Below are positions 39,045-52,329 of a DNA stretch of 64,000 nucleotides, in pieces. The position numbers and the translations under genes were made by a program. The DNA is from Octopus vulgaris (taxonomy: Eukaryota): the NCBI GenBank assembly GCA_951406725.2, contig OX597814.1, forward strand, positions 54,002,001-54,066,000, read 5' to 3'. How positions within the stretch are numbered: position 1 is the stretch's first letter; every line of letters starts with the position of its first letter. A model generated the notes under the pieces. That model saw nothing but the letters and a program-made list of their open reading frames with translations. It searched no databases and had not been told where the DNA came from.

Positions 39045-39600
39045 GTCATCATCATCGTCGTTTAACGTCCGTTCTCCATGCTAGCATGGGTTGGACGGTT
39101 CGACCGGGGTTCTGGGAAGCCAGAAGGCTGCACCAGGCTCCAGTCTAAATTTGGCAATGTTTCTACAGCTGGATGCCCTTCCTAACGCCAACCACTCCGT
39201 GAGTGTAGTGGGTGCTTTTTACGTGCCACCTGCACAGGTGCCAGGCGGGGCTGGCAACGGCCACGGTCAGATTGGTGTATTTTATGTGCCACCGGCACGG
39301 AAGCCAGTTGAGGCGGTGCTGGCATCGGCCACGAGTTGGATAGTGCTTTTTACGTACCACCAGACCAGGGATCCTGGCTGGTTCAATTCGATTTCGATTT
39401 CGATTTCGCTTGCCCCAACATGTCTTCACAAGCAAAGGGGGTTGGCAAGGGTGCCTGTCGTACGGTCGCATTGGAGTATTTTACGTGCCACGGCCACGAG
39501 TCGGATAGTGCTTTTTACGTACCATCAGACCAGGGATCCTGGCTGGTTCAATTCGATTTCGATTTCGCTTGCCCCAACATGTCTTCACAAGCAAAGGGGG
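39045..39600 (-). mobile_element. Young CpG-rich RTE-tailed SINE-like element with a ~110-bp internal duplication
   Basis: Tail acccatgctagcatggagaacggacgttaaacgacgatgatg on the minus strand; 39330-39440 is repeated at 39490-39600. Confidence 0.75.
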
Positions 39601-39789
39601 TTGTTGAATTCAAAAGAATTAACATATAGTATGTACAAATTGTAGAAAAAAAGAAATAAAAAAAACAACCAAATTCTAAAACAATCACAACAAAGAAAAT
39701 TATTTAAAATTTGACAAGATGATATTGTTTATATTTTCCCTGAGATATTCAACAACTCACAAAATCAGAAACACCAAATTTAGAATTAC

Positions 39790-39927
39790 CTGCACGTGAT
39801 TTTCCTTGTGTCATCATAGCTTGCTGTTGTTGATTCATTTGTGGCCGAGAATAGCCTGACATAGACTGCTGAGGTCCATTGTAACCAGGCTGGCCACCAG
39901 CAGATGTCATTGGCATACCAGTACTAC
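39790..39927 (-). CDS. SS18: SS18-like coding exon 5
   Basis: GSTGMPMTSAGGQPGYNGPQQSMSGYSRPQMNQQQQAMMTQGKSRA. cag acceptor, G|gtaatt donor, 138 nt, phase 1 to 1. Confidence 0.88.
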
Positions 39928-40202
39928 CTGTTATGTAAGAGTTTAGAGGTCATTTACAGTTTTACCACAAACAAATTTATTGGGCTAGAGTCAGAATAAA
40001 CAAAAATATAACAAGTACAGAGTATACTTTCTATGACTTTTTATTCTTTCTTCTTGATTTATATCCATTCTTCCATAGTACCGTGGCTGGATTTAATTTC
40101 GTATATTTATTCTCGAACAACTAATCCTTAAAGCTAGAATGTTTTCCAATAAATCGCTCATTAACTGTATGTATTAGTTGACACAAGAGTTAATGACTTT
40201 GA

Positions 40203-40289
40203 TTGGGTTGGTGCATAATTAATGACCAGTTTTTTTTTATCAATTGTAAATTAAGTTATAAAACAGTCATTAATTATGCACCAATCCAA
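40203..40289. mobile_element. MADE-like mini mariner MITE
   Basis: TIRs TTGGGTTGGTGCATAATTAATGAC / GTCATTAATTATGCACCAATCCAA followed by TA. Confidence 0.75.
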
Positions 40290-40942
40290 TAGATAACAGC
40301 TAACTTCACTGCTACTGGTTACATAAATACAGTATCTTAGATCAAGCTGATCGTTTCTGATGAACAGCATACATAAAAGATTAAACACTGTATCCAACAA
40401 AATCAAGAATTTATTCCTTAAAGCAAAAACATGAAGAAACTTTTAGATTGGACTTCTTAAAGTCTTCTGTACTTAAGTTACTTCCATCAATAAACATTTT
40501 ACAAAATGGATACAAAGCACCCTATTTTAAAAGAGATAAGAACTTAAATGATATCTAACAAGTACACAGCCATACATTTTGAAACAGGAACAGCTGAATA
40601 TAGCTAGTAGGTACCTGCTACTTATTTTATTTACAACAGAAAGACGGAAGGTAAAATTAGCAGTGATGGATTTTGAACTCAGAAATATAAAGAGATGTAA
40701 ATAAAAGCCACCAAAGACAACACTGTATGGTTCCTAACAACTCAAATGCTATTCAACAGATTAAATAAGGTAAATATCATGGAACAGCTGCTGCAAGTAT
40801 ATATCATACCACCTATCAAGCTCATGGTAGCTGACAGCAACTATAATACTTAAATCTTCAGGTTCTGTAACATATGCATTCAAAATTGCCAATGCAAATT
40901 GACAGGATGCTTAGTAATAATGGCAAAATAACTTATATATAA

Positions 40943-42970
40943 AATAATAATAATAATAATAATAAATTCTAGTTTATTGGCCACAAGAGCTAATATAAAA
41001 TCAAAAACATGAAAGGGCAAACACAGGACGATAAAAACAAAGGATTTTGTGAAAAAGAAAGGTCCGTGTAAACAAGTAAAAAAAACTTTCAATAGAGGGA
41101 GGCACATTGAAAGGTTACTCATGGAAAAATCCATAAAAGCCATGAGAGCCTGGTCAAATGGCGAGAGAGCCCCTTCTTTTATATTTCTTTTTTTTACAGG
41201 TGTAATCTCAGAATTGGTCCATTCATACTGGCCATGTTACCAGCATTCACCCACTTTTCAACAAATTTGCTGTGAGACAGCACTTTCCTCTCTACTCTCA
41301 CCTTCCTTTTCAAGTGAAACTTGAAAATGTTGATGAGGCCTTGGCCAAAGAGGAAAGTCTGACTTTAGTCCTTTCAAATGTGTCAACTGTACCACCTCTT
41401 TTGCTACAGCCACCAGACAAATGAAAATTGCCTTGCCATCCCGGTTAAAGGCGGTCGGCGGGGCAATCTTCACTACAGATTCAGCTGATAGCCAGATCCA
41501 TCCTACACACAACAGTAGCTGTTCGACATAAATCCACAGGTATTGGACACTGGACGAGTGCGTGAAGAATGGTTTGGTCATTCTGAGCTCACCTCGGGCA
41601 GGCCTGGCTGACAGCACTTCTGTGCTGGTAGAGTTTATCCCGAACATGCAGCGCCCCTCGGTAGCACTGCCAGACAAGGGACTTTTGGAAGTTATCCATG
41701 GGCCCCGGCCCAAAAGTTCTGCCAAAAAGAGTGCTCAGTTGGTCATTGTTGATGCCTAGAGTTTCCCTGAGAATGTCATCGCACTTTTCCTGCACTAACC
41801 CTCTATAGAATGCTAGAGTGGAACTACTACTGATCGCATTGCCCACCTGGCGGAGGGTGGTGACAGCTTGACAGCACTCAAGGTGCCAAGCGCCCTTTCT
41901 TGGTCTACGTTTGATCCAAGATTGCAGCTTCGTCAAGGACATGAGCTGTGGAAAGGAGAGCCTGACAAACGGCAACTACACCTACTCACCATCTAGGAAA
42001 CGCTTGAGATGCCGTAGCCTGAGCGCATGTCTGCGCATCAGCAACCATGGCATGCCCAGGCCTCTGTTCAGTGGCTGTTGACAGCAGATGGAGTGCCTGA
42101 CCAGTGGTACCTGACCTTTTCACATAAAGTCAAAGAGCAAGCGCACCAGCTTGGTTAACCAGCGGTCGGAACAAGGGATGACAGCCAAGCAGTAATAGAT
42201 AACAGATATGTTGAACGCATTCGCCACCTCCGCTTGATCTTCCAGAGACAGCTTCCTCTCGGCTCATTTCTGGGTGAGATTAGCCACTCAGCTCATCACC
42301 TAATCCCAGTTTTTCTGCACCTGGAGGTCTGGACCAAATCAGACCCCAAGCAATTTAACAGGACCGTCTGTCCAGCACCCCACAACACTGTTGGACAGCA
42401 TGGACTTGCTCCTCCAGGTCCCAAATTGCAAGCCCACAGACTTTCTGCATTAATTTTCGCACCTGTCACCACTTCGTATTTGCTTAGCATCTCGCCAATC
42501 AGGTCGATGTGCCTGTGGCATGACACCATTACGGCGACATTGTTGGCATAGGCAGACATGCTCCTTCCACATCCCAGATCACACAGGAAACCCTTCAAAG
42601 CCTCCAACTTCTACAGTAATGGCTCGAGAGTCATTATGTAGAGGAGGGAGGAGAGATGGCATCCTTGGCGGACTGAACGCAAGATATTGAACAGTTCCGA
42701 AAGGTGACCACTCACCCGTATGACTGAGCTGATGCCACTGTACAAAGCAGCAATACACTCACAGAAGACCAGACCAAAACTGGCTGCCAAGTGTCGATGG
42801 TCAACCCTACAGAAGGCTTTAGACTGATCTAAATTGACCAAAGCCCCACCTGTACCAGCTTCGTGATGTAGCACAAGAGATGGAGGTTATCGAGGAAAGA
42901 CCTGGTCAGCATGGCGCATGTCTGCGCCTTGCCAATCAGCTTGTCCTCTTCAAAGACATTTTGGCAAAAT
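40943..42970 (-). mobile_element. 5'-truncated Tx1/L1-clade non-LTR retrotransposon in SS18 intron 4
   Basis: RT motifs LDQSKAF(C)RVDH, RSVRQGCHLSSLLY..LEPLL, SAYANNV; frameshifted; 3' AATAAA and (TTA)n tail near 40943-40978. Confidence 0.85.
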
Positions 42971-43478
42971 ATATAAGATTCAATACAAAACTTCAAATTT
43001 TAAAACGAAAATTTCACCCCTAAAAGGAGAAAATTCCACCTAACCGACTAGCTCAGCAAGATCCCAGTCGGCTTGGTTACACAAATATTCAAAAATATAA
43101 AAGTGTTAAGCAAAATTGCCAATAAAAATTGGCCCAAAACTCAGCCTCTGGAGACCCGTCAGTCATCTTTGAAAAAAATAATAATAATAAAACAACAGCA
43201 GCAATTACTACTACTGTATAAAAATTACAATTCTCAATAGTTATACAACTGTTTGCCTACTTGGGGCCAAGTTATATTTTTCGATATAGGTCATAAACAA
43301 ATGATTGTTGGAAATGGGTCTTGTACTTTTTGGGGGTGGGGGAAGAAGAGGGGCAGGTAGATTAAGGCAAACAGTTTTACCTTGAAATAAAAGCACAATG
43401 GCTGTAACATTGCTTGAGCTGAGTTATAGCCTCACAATAACTGAGCAACATTACTTAAAGCAAAAAACAAAAACTGAC

Positions 43479-43620
43479 CTGGTGGCGGGGCATTCATTTG
43501 GTTTGGAGGCATATTTCCTGGCCTTGGCATCTGATTCATGGGAGCTGAGTTATTAGGAGGAGGTCCACCAGGGTTTTGCCCTCCAGGCATACCTTGGTTG
43601 GGATTTACCTGACCAGGAGC
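43479..43620 (-). CDS. SS18: SS18-like coding exon 4 (Q/P/G/M-rich)
   Basis: APGQVNPNQGMPGGQNPGGPPPNNSAPMNQMPRPGNMPPNQMNAPPP. tttag acceptor, G|gtcagt donor, 142 nt, phase 0 to 1. Confidence 0.9.
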
Positions 43621-45207
43621 CTAAATATATAAAAGTTTAGTCATAATCATAGACTCAATGCATTCATTAATGAACAAAATTAAACAACATAAACAAGTAC
43701 TCGCTGTTTGGTTTGTTTTACTGCTTTACATTGCCATAAAAGTTCAGTGATAAAACAGTTATGTCCCTTACATCTTCTAGGGGAACCATGTTACTTTAAA
43801 GAAAAAAAAACCTGGAACTTTATCATAACGGTTTAATCAATTTAAAGTTATCTATTACTGAAACAATAAGTAGGTAAAATTATGTCACTTTTATATTACA
43901 TAAGGCAGTGGCTCTCAAAAGAAGTTATTAATGGAAACAAAACAGAGTTTGCATCCACATAATTCTTCTTTCTTCATCATGGCATTGAATAAATTTAAGA
44001 AGAAACTATCTTAATGTTATTAGACATTTGTTCACCCCTTTTCAATCCTTACAGTTCCTCTACTATGCGAAACACTGGTCTAAGGATATCTGGAACTATC
44101 TTTATCACAGCAACACACAATTTGCCATATTATCATGGATGGAATGATGTTGGTCTTTTTTCATACATCCAAACGCTCACAACTTGGTGAAATCCTTCTT
44201 ATATCTCCCTTTTAAAGACTCAACTGTAAAATATTTGTACCTATTATTAAGAAAAACATCTGAAGCAAGTAGAGATCATGAGCCTTGCCTTCAGTGGGGA
44301 GTATAACACAATACCCATCAGTATTATACTATATACCATCATAATCTTTATACCTCTTTTAACAAAGCTACAAGAAAGTTTTGTTATTCACAAACATACT
44401 GCCACTAAAATGAATCTGATAATGTAAGTTCTGTAGATCATTAATAGAATTACTCACTATGAAATAATTTATAGCCAATACTGGAAATTATACAAGTGGT
44501 TGTTTCTGTATTTTGTGTATAACACAAACTCTCCCATGTGTAATTTAAGAGATAAATTCTCACGCACAAAGACTCACAAAGCAATTCTTTAATTTAGACT
44601 CTGTATCACTGGATAGAGGCATTGTAGTATTGTTTCCTTTAGCACTAGACTGCCAGTCTGGTGGTAGTTGCAACTAACCTCCACTTAGACACACACACAG
44701 ATTAATAACAATCATTGTTTTTAGTGGACCTAGACTAATATTGTTAGCCTAACCACCTCCTTATATGGTGAGAACATGTGTCTAGATGAGCAGAAATTCA
44801 GAGTAAACATTAAACAGAGTAAGAGGGACTCTAGATTTTTCAACAGATGATCTTGTTAGTTTTGGAGGTACTGAAAAAATGCACCCAGTCTATGCTGTAA
44901 AATGGTAATAGAAAGGGCATCCAATCGCTAAAAACCATACCAGAAAAAAAAAGAAAAGAAACAACAAATGAAGGAGATGCAGTATAGAAAGAACTCTTCA
45001 TTCTTGGTAGATATGGCACAATACACCAGTTGGTACTGTGAAATAGTTGAAGATATCCAGCTGGATACCCTTGCTAAAATCATGGCATAAAGAAAAAGAT
45101 GGTTGGTTTTTAATAGTGTGTGTACCACATGATGAAAAAGCATGACAAGTAGCAAGAGACTCTGAGACCCATTCAACTCCATGTTAGCATTGAAAAGTAA
45201 ACTTAAA

Positions 45208-45245
<38 letters not shown>

Positions 45246-45269
45246 ATGTTGGGTTCCTTGAGTGCTACT

Positions 45270-46260
45270 GGTAACATTTAATCCAGTACAACCTGTCGTA
45301 AGGTCAGGTTGTTGGCGACTAAACAGGCAACCCCACCAGGCTTGCTTGGTGAGGAGGGTGTTGTTGGACACCTTGCGGGATGAAAAATAAGACCTGTGAA
45401 AGGGTGGAGGAACTCCTGAGCAGTCAATGGCCATCCAACAAAATATCTGTAAATATTTATATATCTTTTCCCCCCCATTATATGTATATATATTATTTAT
45501 ATTTAAATCTTACTTTATTTATATTTTTCAATTGCATCTTTTCTTATTCACATACCGTACTTTTCTTTTTTTTCTTATATGTATATTTTTACTTTTATAT
45601 ACATATTTATATTTTTAAACTGCATATCTTTTACTTTTTTATATTCATATATATTATTTATATTTGCAAATCACATCGTACTTTTCTTCTTTACTTATGT
45701 ATGAATGAGCTACTCCGTGCCGGTCACTGGAGTGATATTTGAGTGTTGGTTTGGTGTCTGGAATGACACCAAATGACTACCTCATGGGCAGGTAGAATCT
45801 CTTTAACCGAGGCTGGTAATCTACCTAGAAGGAAAGCTCTGAAATAAAACCTGAGGCCTCGGAAGCTCCTGGTTTTGTCAATTTTCATGTCACACCGGCA
45901 AAAGTCTTCTTAGGCTAACAGGTGGGAGTAGTGCAGTGCAAGCTACACCCACTGAAAATTAGTCATCTGCACAGGTACTTCCTGTACACCAGATCTTAGT
46001 AAAGTCATTGAATTGGTTGGTTGGCAGAAACCTAACAATGCACTTGTAACTTATTCTAAAATGTCTCTCAGAGATTCAGTAAATGGCAAAAAAGTCTTGG
46101 GAACATCAGAGGAACAGGTTTGGCTTGGCAGGTGTCCCAGTGTATTACAGGCTGGGCCAGGTCGTCATCCTGCCACTGTGGTCAAATAATCTTCAAGAAA
46201 ACGTAAAAATAAATGTCCTTTGAATTTTGGCTGTTGGAATGTGCACACATCAGATGCCAT
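45270..46260 (+). mobile_element. RTE-like LINE 5'UTR and start of the APE domain, split by AT-rich low complexity
   Basis: GC-richer leader and LNFGCWNVH (~46220-46250), resembling the APE start (ATWNVRT). Confidence 0.5.
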
Positions 46261-46856
46261 GATGGTTGTAAAGTGTAGGTACAGGAGGTGGTCAATCTCT
46301 GCATAAGGAGTAGACAACCACCATATATACATATATATATAGGCCTGCCTAGCCAGCAGGGTGGCATATTCAAAAGCTAAAACAAGGCAAAGTGTATTGT
46401 GACCAGCAGTGTATAACAACATCTGATAGTCTGGTGATATACATATATATATTATTAGAAATTACAAAGTGACTCAAAGGTCAAGAGTTTCATTTACAGC
46501 ACTTTCCTGTCACCAACCCTCACCTGTTTCTCTTTGGCCAGACATGTTTCAGCAGGATTCTGGAAATTATAATATTCATTTATAACAATCATGCAATGTC
46601 AAGACAAGGAGACATAAACACACACACACACAATGGGTTTCTTTCAATTTCTAAGACTCACAAGGCTTTGACTGACTTGGCGCTTAGGTAGTAAAAGACA
46701 TGTGCCCAAAGTCCAAGGTACCATGCAGTGGAACTGAATCTGAAACAAAATGGTTGGCATGCAAACTTTTTAACCACACAGCCACACCTGCACAAATGTG
46801 TGTGTGTGTGTGTTTGATAATGAACAGAATAGGATAAAGACAAAGCCTAGACTTAC

Positions 46857-46938
46857 AGGTAGTACTGCCTGAACATTTACATTGGAATCAGCAACAGTTG
46901 CCAAATAGACAAGGTTCCGGTGCAGCATCACTTGGTAT
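46857..46938 (-). CDS. SS18: SS18-like coding exon 3 (SSXT/SNH domain)
   Basis: YQVMLHRNLVYLATVADSNVNVQAVLP matches SS18 YQQMLHTNLVYLATIADS. ttttag acceptor, gtaagt donor, 82 nt, phase 2 to 0. Confidence 0.95.
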
Positions 46939-47093
46939 CTAAAATAAACAGTTGCAAAGTAAGTCTGCATCAAATATTACTAAAGCCTTTCTTAATCAAA
47001 GAAACATACCAGCTGTTCAACAACATCATGCCAACAGTTTTACCACCAAAAATAAATGTTCTGTTTTGTTTATTATTTAAGTTAATGTGTGAT

Positions 47094-47313
47094 TTAACCC
47101 TTTAACAATCAGATTACTGTCGAATGTAATGCTTATGTATTCACAAAATTTTACAAATTAAACATGTATTATTTTGTAGCTTCAGAATAATGTAATAATT
47201 ATTTTTAGGATAACATTGTAGGATAGGTGTGAGAGGCTGGATCTGGCTGGCTTGAACACAGAACAGGTGTACGATTTGTGCAGGATATGGCAGTAAAGGT
47301 GCTAAAGGGCTAA
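47094..47313. mobile_element. piggyBac-like MITE (inverted related copy at ~28560-28770)
   Basis: TTAA-CCCTTTA...TAAAGGG-CTAA termini. Confidence 0.6.
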
Positions 47314-48264
47314 ACCATCTTTCAGAAGGTTTGCAATACTAAAATACACTGCATCATTTAACTGAGTAAATAATAAAAGAAAAGAGTAAAATTGTCAACC
47401 AACTATAAAATCATGGATATCTAAATGATGTAAAAGTGGTACATTTCTAAAATTAACATTTTTAAAACCAAACCAGAATCTATTAGTTGCAATCTAAATT
47501 GTATTTCAAGTGAAAATAACAAAAATTTATGTAATTTATATATTTGCTAATGATCTGTTTTGTACACACACACCTCATTTAAAAAACAATAAGCAAGATT
47601 CAAGTTAGAAAGGGCTCAAACTGCAAAGAAATCATCATCATCAAGATTATCATATAATGTCCATTTTTCCATGCTTGTATAGGTTGGACAGAATTTGTTG
47701 AGGCTGATTTTCTTCAACCTGATACCTTTCCTGTTGCCAGCCTTTGCTTGCTTCCCATGACGAGACATGTTTTCATAGAAAATTTGAACTGAAGGACACT
47801 GCTTGTAAGATGTAGACATCAAAGCAAAGAGGGAATAACACACACACATACATGATGGGCTTGTTTCAGTTTTCATATACTAAATCCACTCACATATTGT
47901 TGCTGGATCTGCTACAGGTAGAGATGAAACCATACTTTCGTGAATGACAGCAGAACATATTCAACAATGTATTTGCTTGTACCAGAAGTAAATTACCATT
48001 AGGTGGTCATGGCTGTGTTAATAATGGAATGTATTCATAACAGAAGAGACCAAAAGAAACTTAGAACTAATTCAGACTCATGAGCAGTAGGCTTAAAAAA
48101 ACAAAAAAGCATCCAGCTGTAGAAACCAAGCCAAATCAGACTGGAGCCTGGTGCAGCTCTCTGGATTACCAGCATGGGAAACAGAGGCTAAATGATGATG
48201 ATGATTTCATTTTAAACTTATGCAGTTAAAAATGGAAGAAAAAAAGAAAAAAAAAGAAGCTTAC

Positions 48265-48341
48265 TGTGCACATTCTGAAGCTCGACCCTTGTTTTGGTAA
48301 TCAAGAATAGCCTGTATCAACTGTATGTTTTCATCAAGCAT
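48265..48341 (-). CDS. SS18: SS18-like coding exon 2 (SSXT/SNH domain)
   Basis: tag|MLDENIQLIQAILDYQNKGRASECA(Q)|gtaag matches the SSXT motif MLDDNNHLIQCIMDSQNKGKTSEC. 77 nt, phase 0 to 2. Confidence 0.95.
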
Positions 48342-50459
48342 CTACAAAAGGAAAAATTTGATGAGTAAAAACAAAAAGATATTTTATAGAGGAATTATCC
48401 CAGACTGGCATAGACACTCTTGATCTCTTTCTCACCTATTACCAGTGCCACATTGCAACTACCCAACACACAGTCACATACTAGACAGAATCCTATGGCA
48501 TTACAAAGCAGATGACTGGCCAAAACTCTTATCAGTTTTATGCCAAATATTCCTAGCAGCACATGTGCTTCACTTCTGAGCCATCACTTCTGAGCCATCA
48601 AAAGTAAAGCTAGACTGGTAACTGAAACTATTGTTTTTAGGCATGTCCCACATACAAGAAGAATCCAGTGCCTGAATTTGTTCCTTCATAGCTGCAGAAT
48701 AGCTGTTCAGGCAAAAAAAAAAAAAAGCCTACAATGCCTTAAAAAATTTATCAACATGCCAAAATTGGATGGCATTCATCTGGCAATGGAACTTTGGCAA
48801 GATCATTATCCAAACTGCAAAAGATGCCTTCATGCATTGCAGGACCCTCAAGCTGTGGTTCCTCACAAAAGAATCTTTCTCCACTTTGTATCATGACAAG
48901 GACACACAAAACATACACATATATAAGACAGGCTTCTTCCAGTTTCTGTTCTGCAAAGCCACTCACAAGGCTTTGATCAACAGGATCCAATGATTCAGAA
49001 GACTGCACTGAGCCCCAATGTTTGCTTTGGCATGCTTTCTACAGCTGGATGTCCTTCCTAACACCAACCACTTTACAAAGTGCAATGGGTGCGTTCTTTT
49101 GTGGAACCAGCACTACTGAAGTAACAAAGTAACTGGCAAGACAAAACTTCTTGACAGAGCTGAGGTGAAGCATTGAGGAAAGTGCTAGGTGTTGAGAGAC
49201 TAAAGTACAATAGAGGGAAAGGAACAACTGACTTGGTGTAGAGGAAATATATGATTATCCCAACACAAAAGGAAGAAAGGATGCTGGAGATGAGTGTTGG
49301 GGCATACCCTCAAGATACTAGAATATATAATACAAATATGATACTTTTTAAACTTCCCTACACATCCCTCCACATTCTCATATCACACACAATATTGGAA
49401 CAGTCAACTCATAGTTTCACATATGCATGCCATAGAATATATGCTAAATTCTTGGTCGATGTAATTCATTTTATTTACATCTCTAACATTCACTCAAAAA
49501 TGTTGAGAACATTATTCTATGGAAGCAAGCTTCTCAACATACTGAATTGAAGCTTTTCTAGGTTCCACCACATCAAGCAGCAAGTGAAATGCAACTTGGC
49601 AGATTAGAAAGCTAATTTATCTCAAGTTTGTTATCAAAACAGTTCCATCCCAAAATTATGAAGCAATTCATTATTCTATTAAACCTCTTATTCCTTTACC
49701 CTGGAGAGTAATAATAGATAAGTAGGAAGTTCAGGAAGAGGTAAGTAGTTTGTATTAAATTTTCACAATGGGGCTGAGTCTGTGGTCAAGTTACATAACT
49801 GATTTGATTCAATACTACTTGCTGTACATAGGCACTGCAAGGTAAGAACAGCTCAATGCATCAAGCATGTTGATTTGACAAGTAAGTGATTTATTAAGCT
49901 CACCACACCAGAGGGAGTTTAACTCTCATTTGCTAAATGATACGAAAACTGTAACAAAGTAGCAGACTTATGGGTAACTTATTTAAGAATTTAGCTCCAT
50001 GTGCTGCCTTTTGTAGTCAGCTGGGCATATATTTAATAATCCTTATGAATCTTAAAGTATAGTGATCTAGGCAGAATCTGCACTGGAAAGCAAAAAGCCT
50101 AGAAGCTGTGATTTGCAAGTACTGTTACCAAAAATTGTAGTAACTAAAAACTCTATAGTTTTATTACATTATCGTTAGACAGTCATATTAGCTGGTTTCA
50201 AATTTTGGCACAAGGCCAACAATTTCTGGGGGATGGGAGGATTACATCGACTGGTACTTATTTTATTGACTCCGAAAGGACAAAAGCCAAAGTTGATCTC
50301 TGCAGAATTTGACCTCAGAATGTAAAGACAAATGAAATGCCACTAAGCATTTTGCCCAGTGTGCTAACAATTCTGCCAGTTCAATGCCTTAAGTTGGACA
50401 GTCATAATCAAGTGACAAACAACTACAATAAATAATTTATACTCCTAATCAGAACAGGT

Positions 50460-50760
50460 GAAAGTAAAGACTCCCTTCTGTCATGAATGACCATGGGATT
50501 GCAACTAGAAAGTTATCCTCTGAAGCACAAGTCTGGGCAAGGTTGTTTATGGAAGACCAGCAGTGCCCATGCATACCAGCCTCCCCTCTCCATGCCACAG
50601 TTTGGCATTAGTGATGTCACAACTCATTTTTACACTTGCATGAACTGGAGCATCATGAAATAAAGGGTCTTGCCTAAGAACACAACATACAGCTCAATCC
50701 TGGAATCGAACTTACTATCTCATGATCGGGAGCCTGATGTTCAAACTAATGAGCCTTCAC
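50460..50760 (-). mobile_element. SINE, family C
   Basis: Minus-strand tRNA-like head (gtaagttcgattccagg B-box) followed by gtgttcttaggcaagacc CORE-like sequence. Confidence 0.6.
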
Positions 50761-51166
50761 ACTAGTTAGAACAATACAATATATAAAGTAATAACAGAAA
50801 TTTTCATATAAATATTAATTAGTTTTTATTTGCAAATATCATTTGAAAGAAAGAAAGAAAAAAGCTACAATTTCTTTGACAAGTATCATAGTACTCAATA
50901 GACACATGATAAAAATTAAGAAGCATGCCCCAACAGCAACATGTGTCGTTAAATTCATCTGATTAAACAAACACTTCAATAAATCTATAACAATTAACAT
51001 TCACAAAATAACTTGAGCCGATGCCACATTAAAAGCACCCAGCACACACTGCAAAGTGGTTGGCATTTGGAAGGGCATCCGGCCGTAGAAACCAAGGCAG
51101 ATTAGACTGGAAACTGGTACAGATCTCTGGCTTGCCAGCTCTAGTCAAACTGCCAGACCCATGGCA

Positions 51167-51210
<44 letters not shown>

Positions 51211-52329
51211 AGAGAGAGACACACACACACACACACAACACATATTGCAACAGGAAGGCTACAGATAATGACTAAAGAAATTCCGTCTGATCCAGGCAAG
51301 CATGGAAAAGTGGAAGTTAAATGATGATAAAGATGATGACATAAGTGTATTTAAGACTATTATCCAAAATGTCTTGTTAAATTTCTTATAACCACTTCAA
51401 GTATTTTAAATTTCCACCAAAATTTCATCGTTAATTTCTAGGGAAAAAAATAAATGATTTTTTTGTCATCAGCAAAACTATATATATATTTTTGAAAATA
51501 ATCTGGTGAGAATTTGAAATTAATCAAGCGGTTGAGAGAAATTTAACAGGATTCAAGTCTTTTCCAGATAAAATAAAAAACATTACTTTGTGCCCAGTCA
51601 AAAATAAATGCCTTAATAGAAAAAGATTAAGAATGTCTAACACAAACAATATATATATAATGGTTAATTTATAAACTTTCATGTCCTAGATCTAACGAAC
51701 ATATGAAGTAATAATTGTGGTTTCTATGTCTATTTTGAACAGTAAACAACCACTAGATTGTTTTATGTTTGTTTACAACGGTTACTTGTACAAACAGGTT
51801 GCAATTAAAGGCAATCAATTTTCCAGCCAATGACGTGTACTCGTTCGTTTCTAGCTTAACACATTATGTTATAGTTTTCGTATATATATTTTTTATTATT
51901 CAGTTGAGAGGTTCTCAACAACGTGTCACAAACACTGACTAGGGTTACAGCGAGTACAGTTTCTACTCTCAGTAAAAAAACAAAACCCGTACTTAGTAAC
52001 AAGAAAAGGAAACAGTGAAAGCGAAAATTCACAAGCCTATTTTTTTAAAAATAATTATTTCGACTCTTGCTTAAAGGAATTCAAAGAATAAAGTTAGTTC
52101 CCCTGAACTACAATTTCTGTGCAATTTAGTTATTTTGAAGTAGTCGATTTATTTAACACTTTGTAGACATGCTCTTGGCTTTTCAGAGTAAATTCCAATC
52201 AAAATGGATACATTTGTGAAGAAAGTACAATTCTTAAATGATGACAGAGAGAACAGTGGAAGCAGCCCCTACACACGGGTAACTGAGCCTTCGATCAGGC
52301 TTATCATTAACGAGGTTGAAAAAGGCTTA

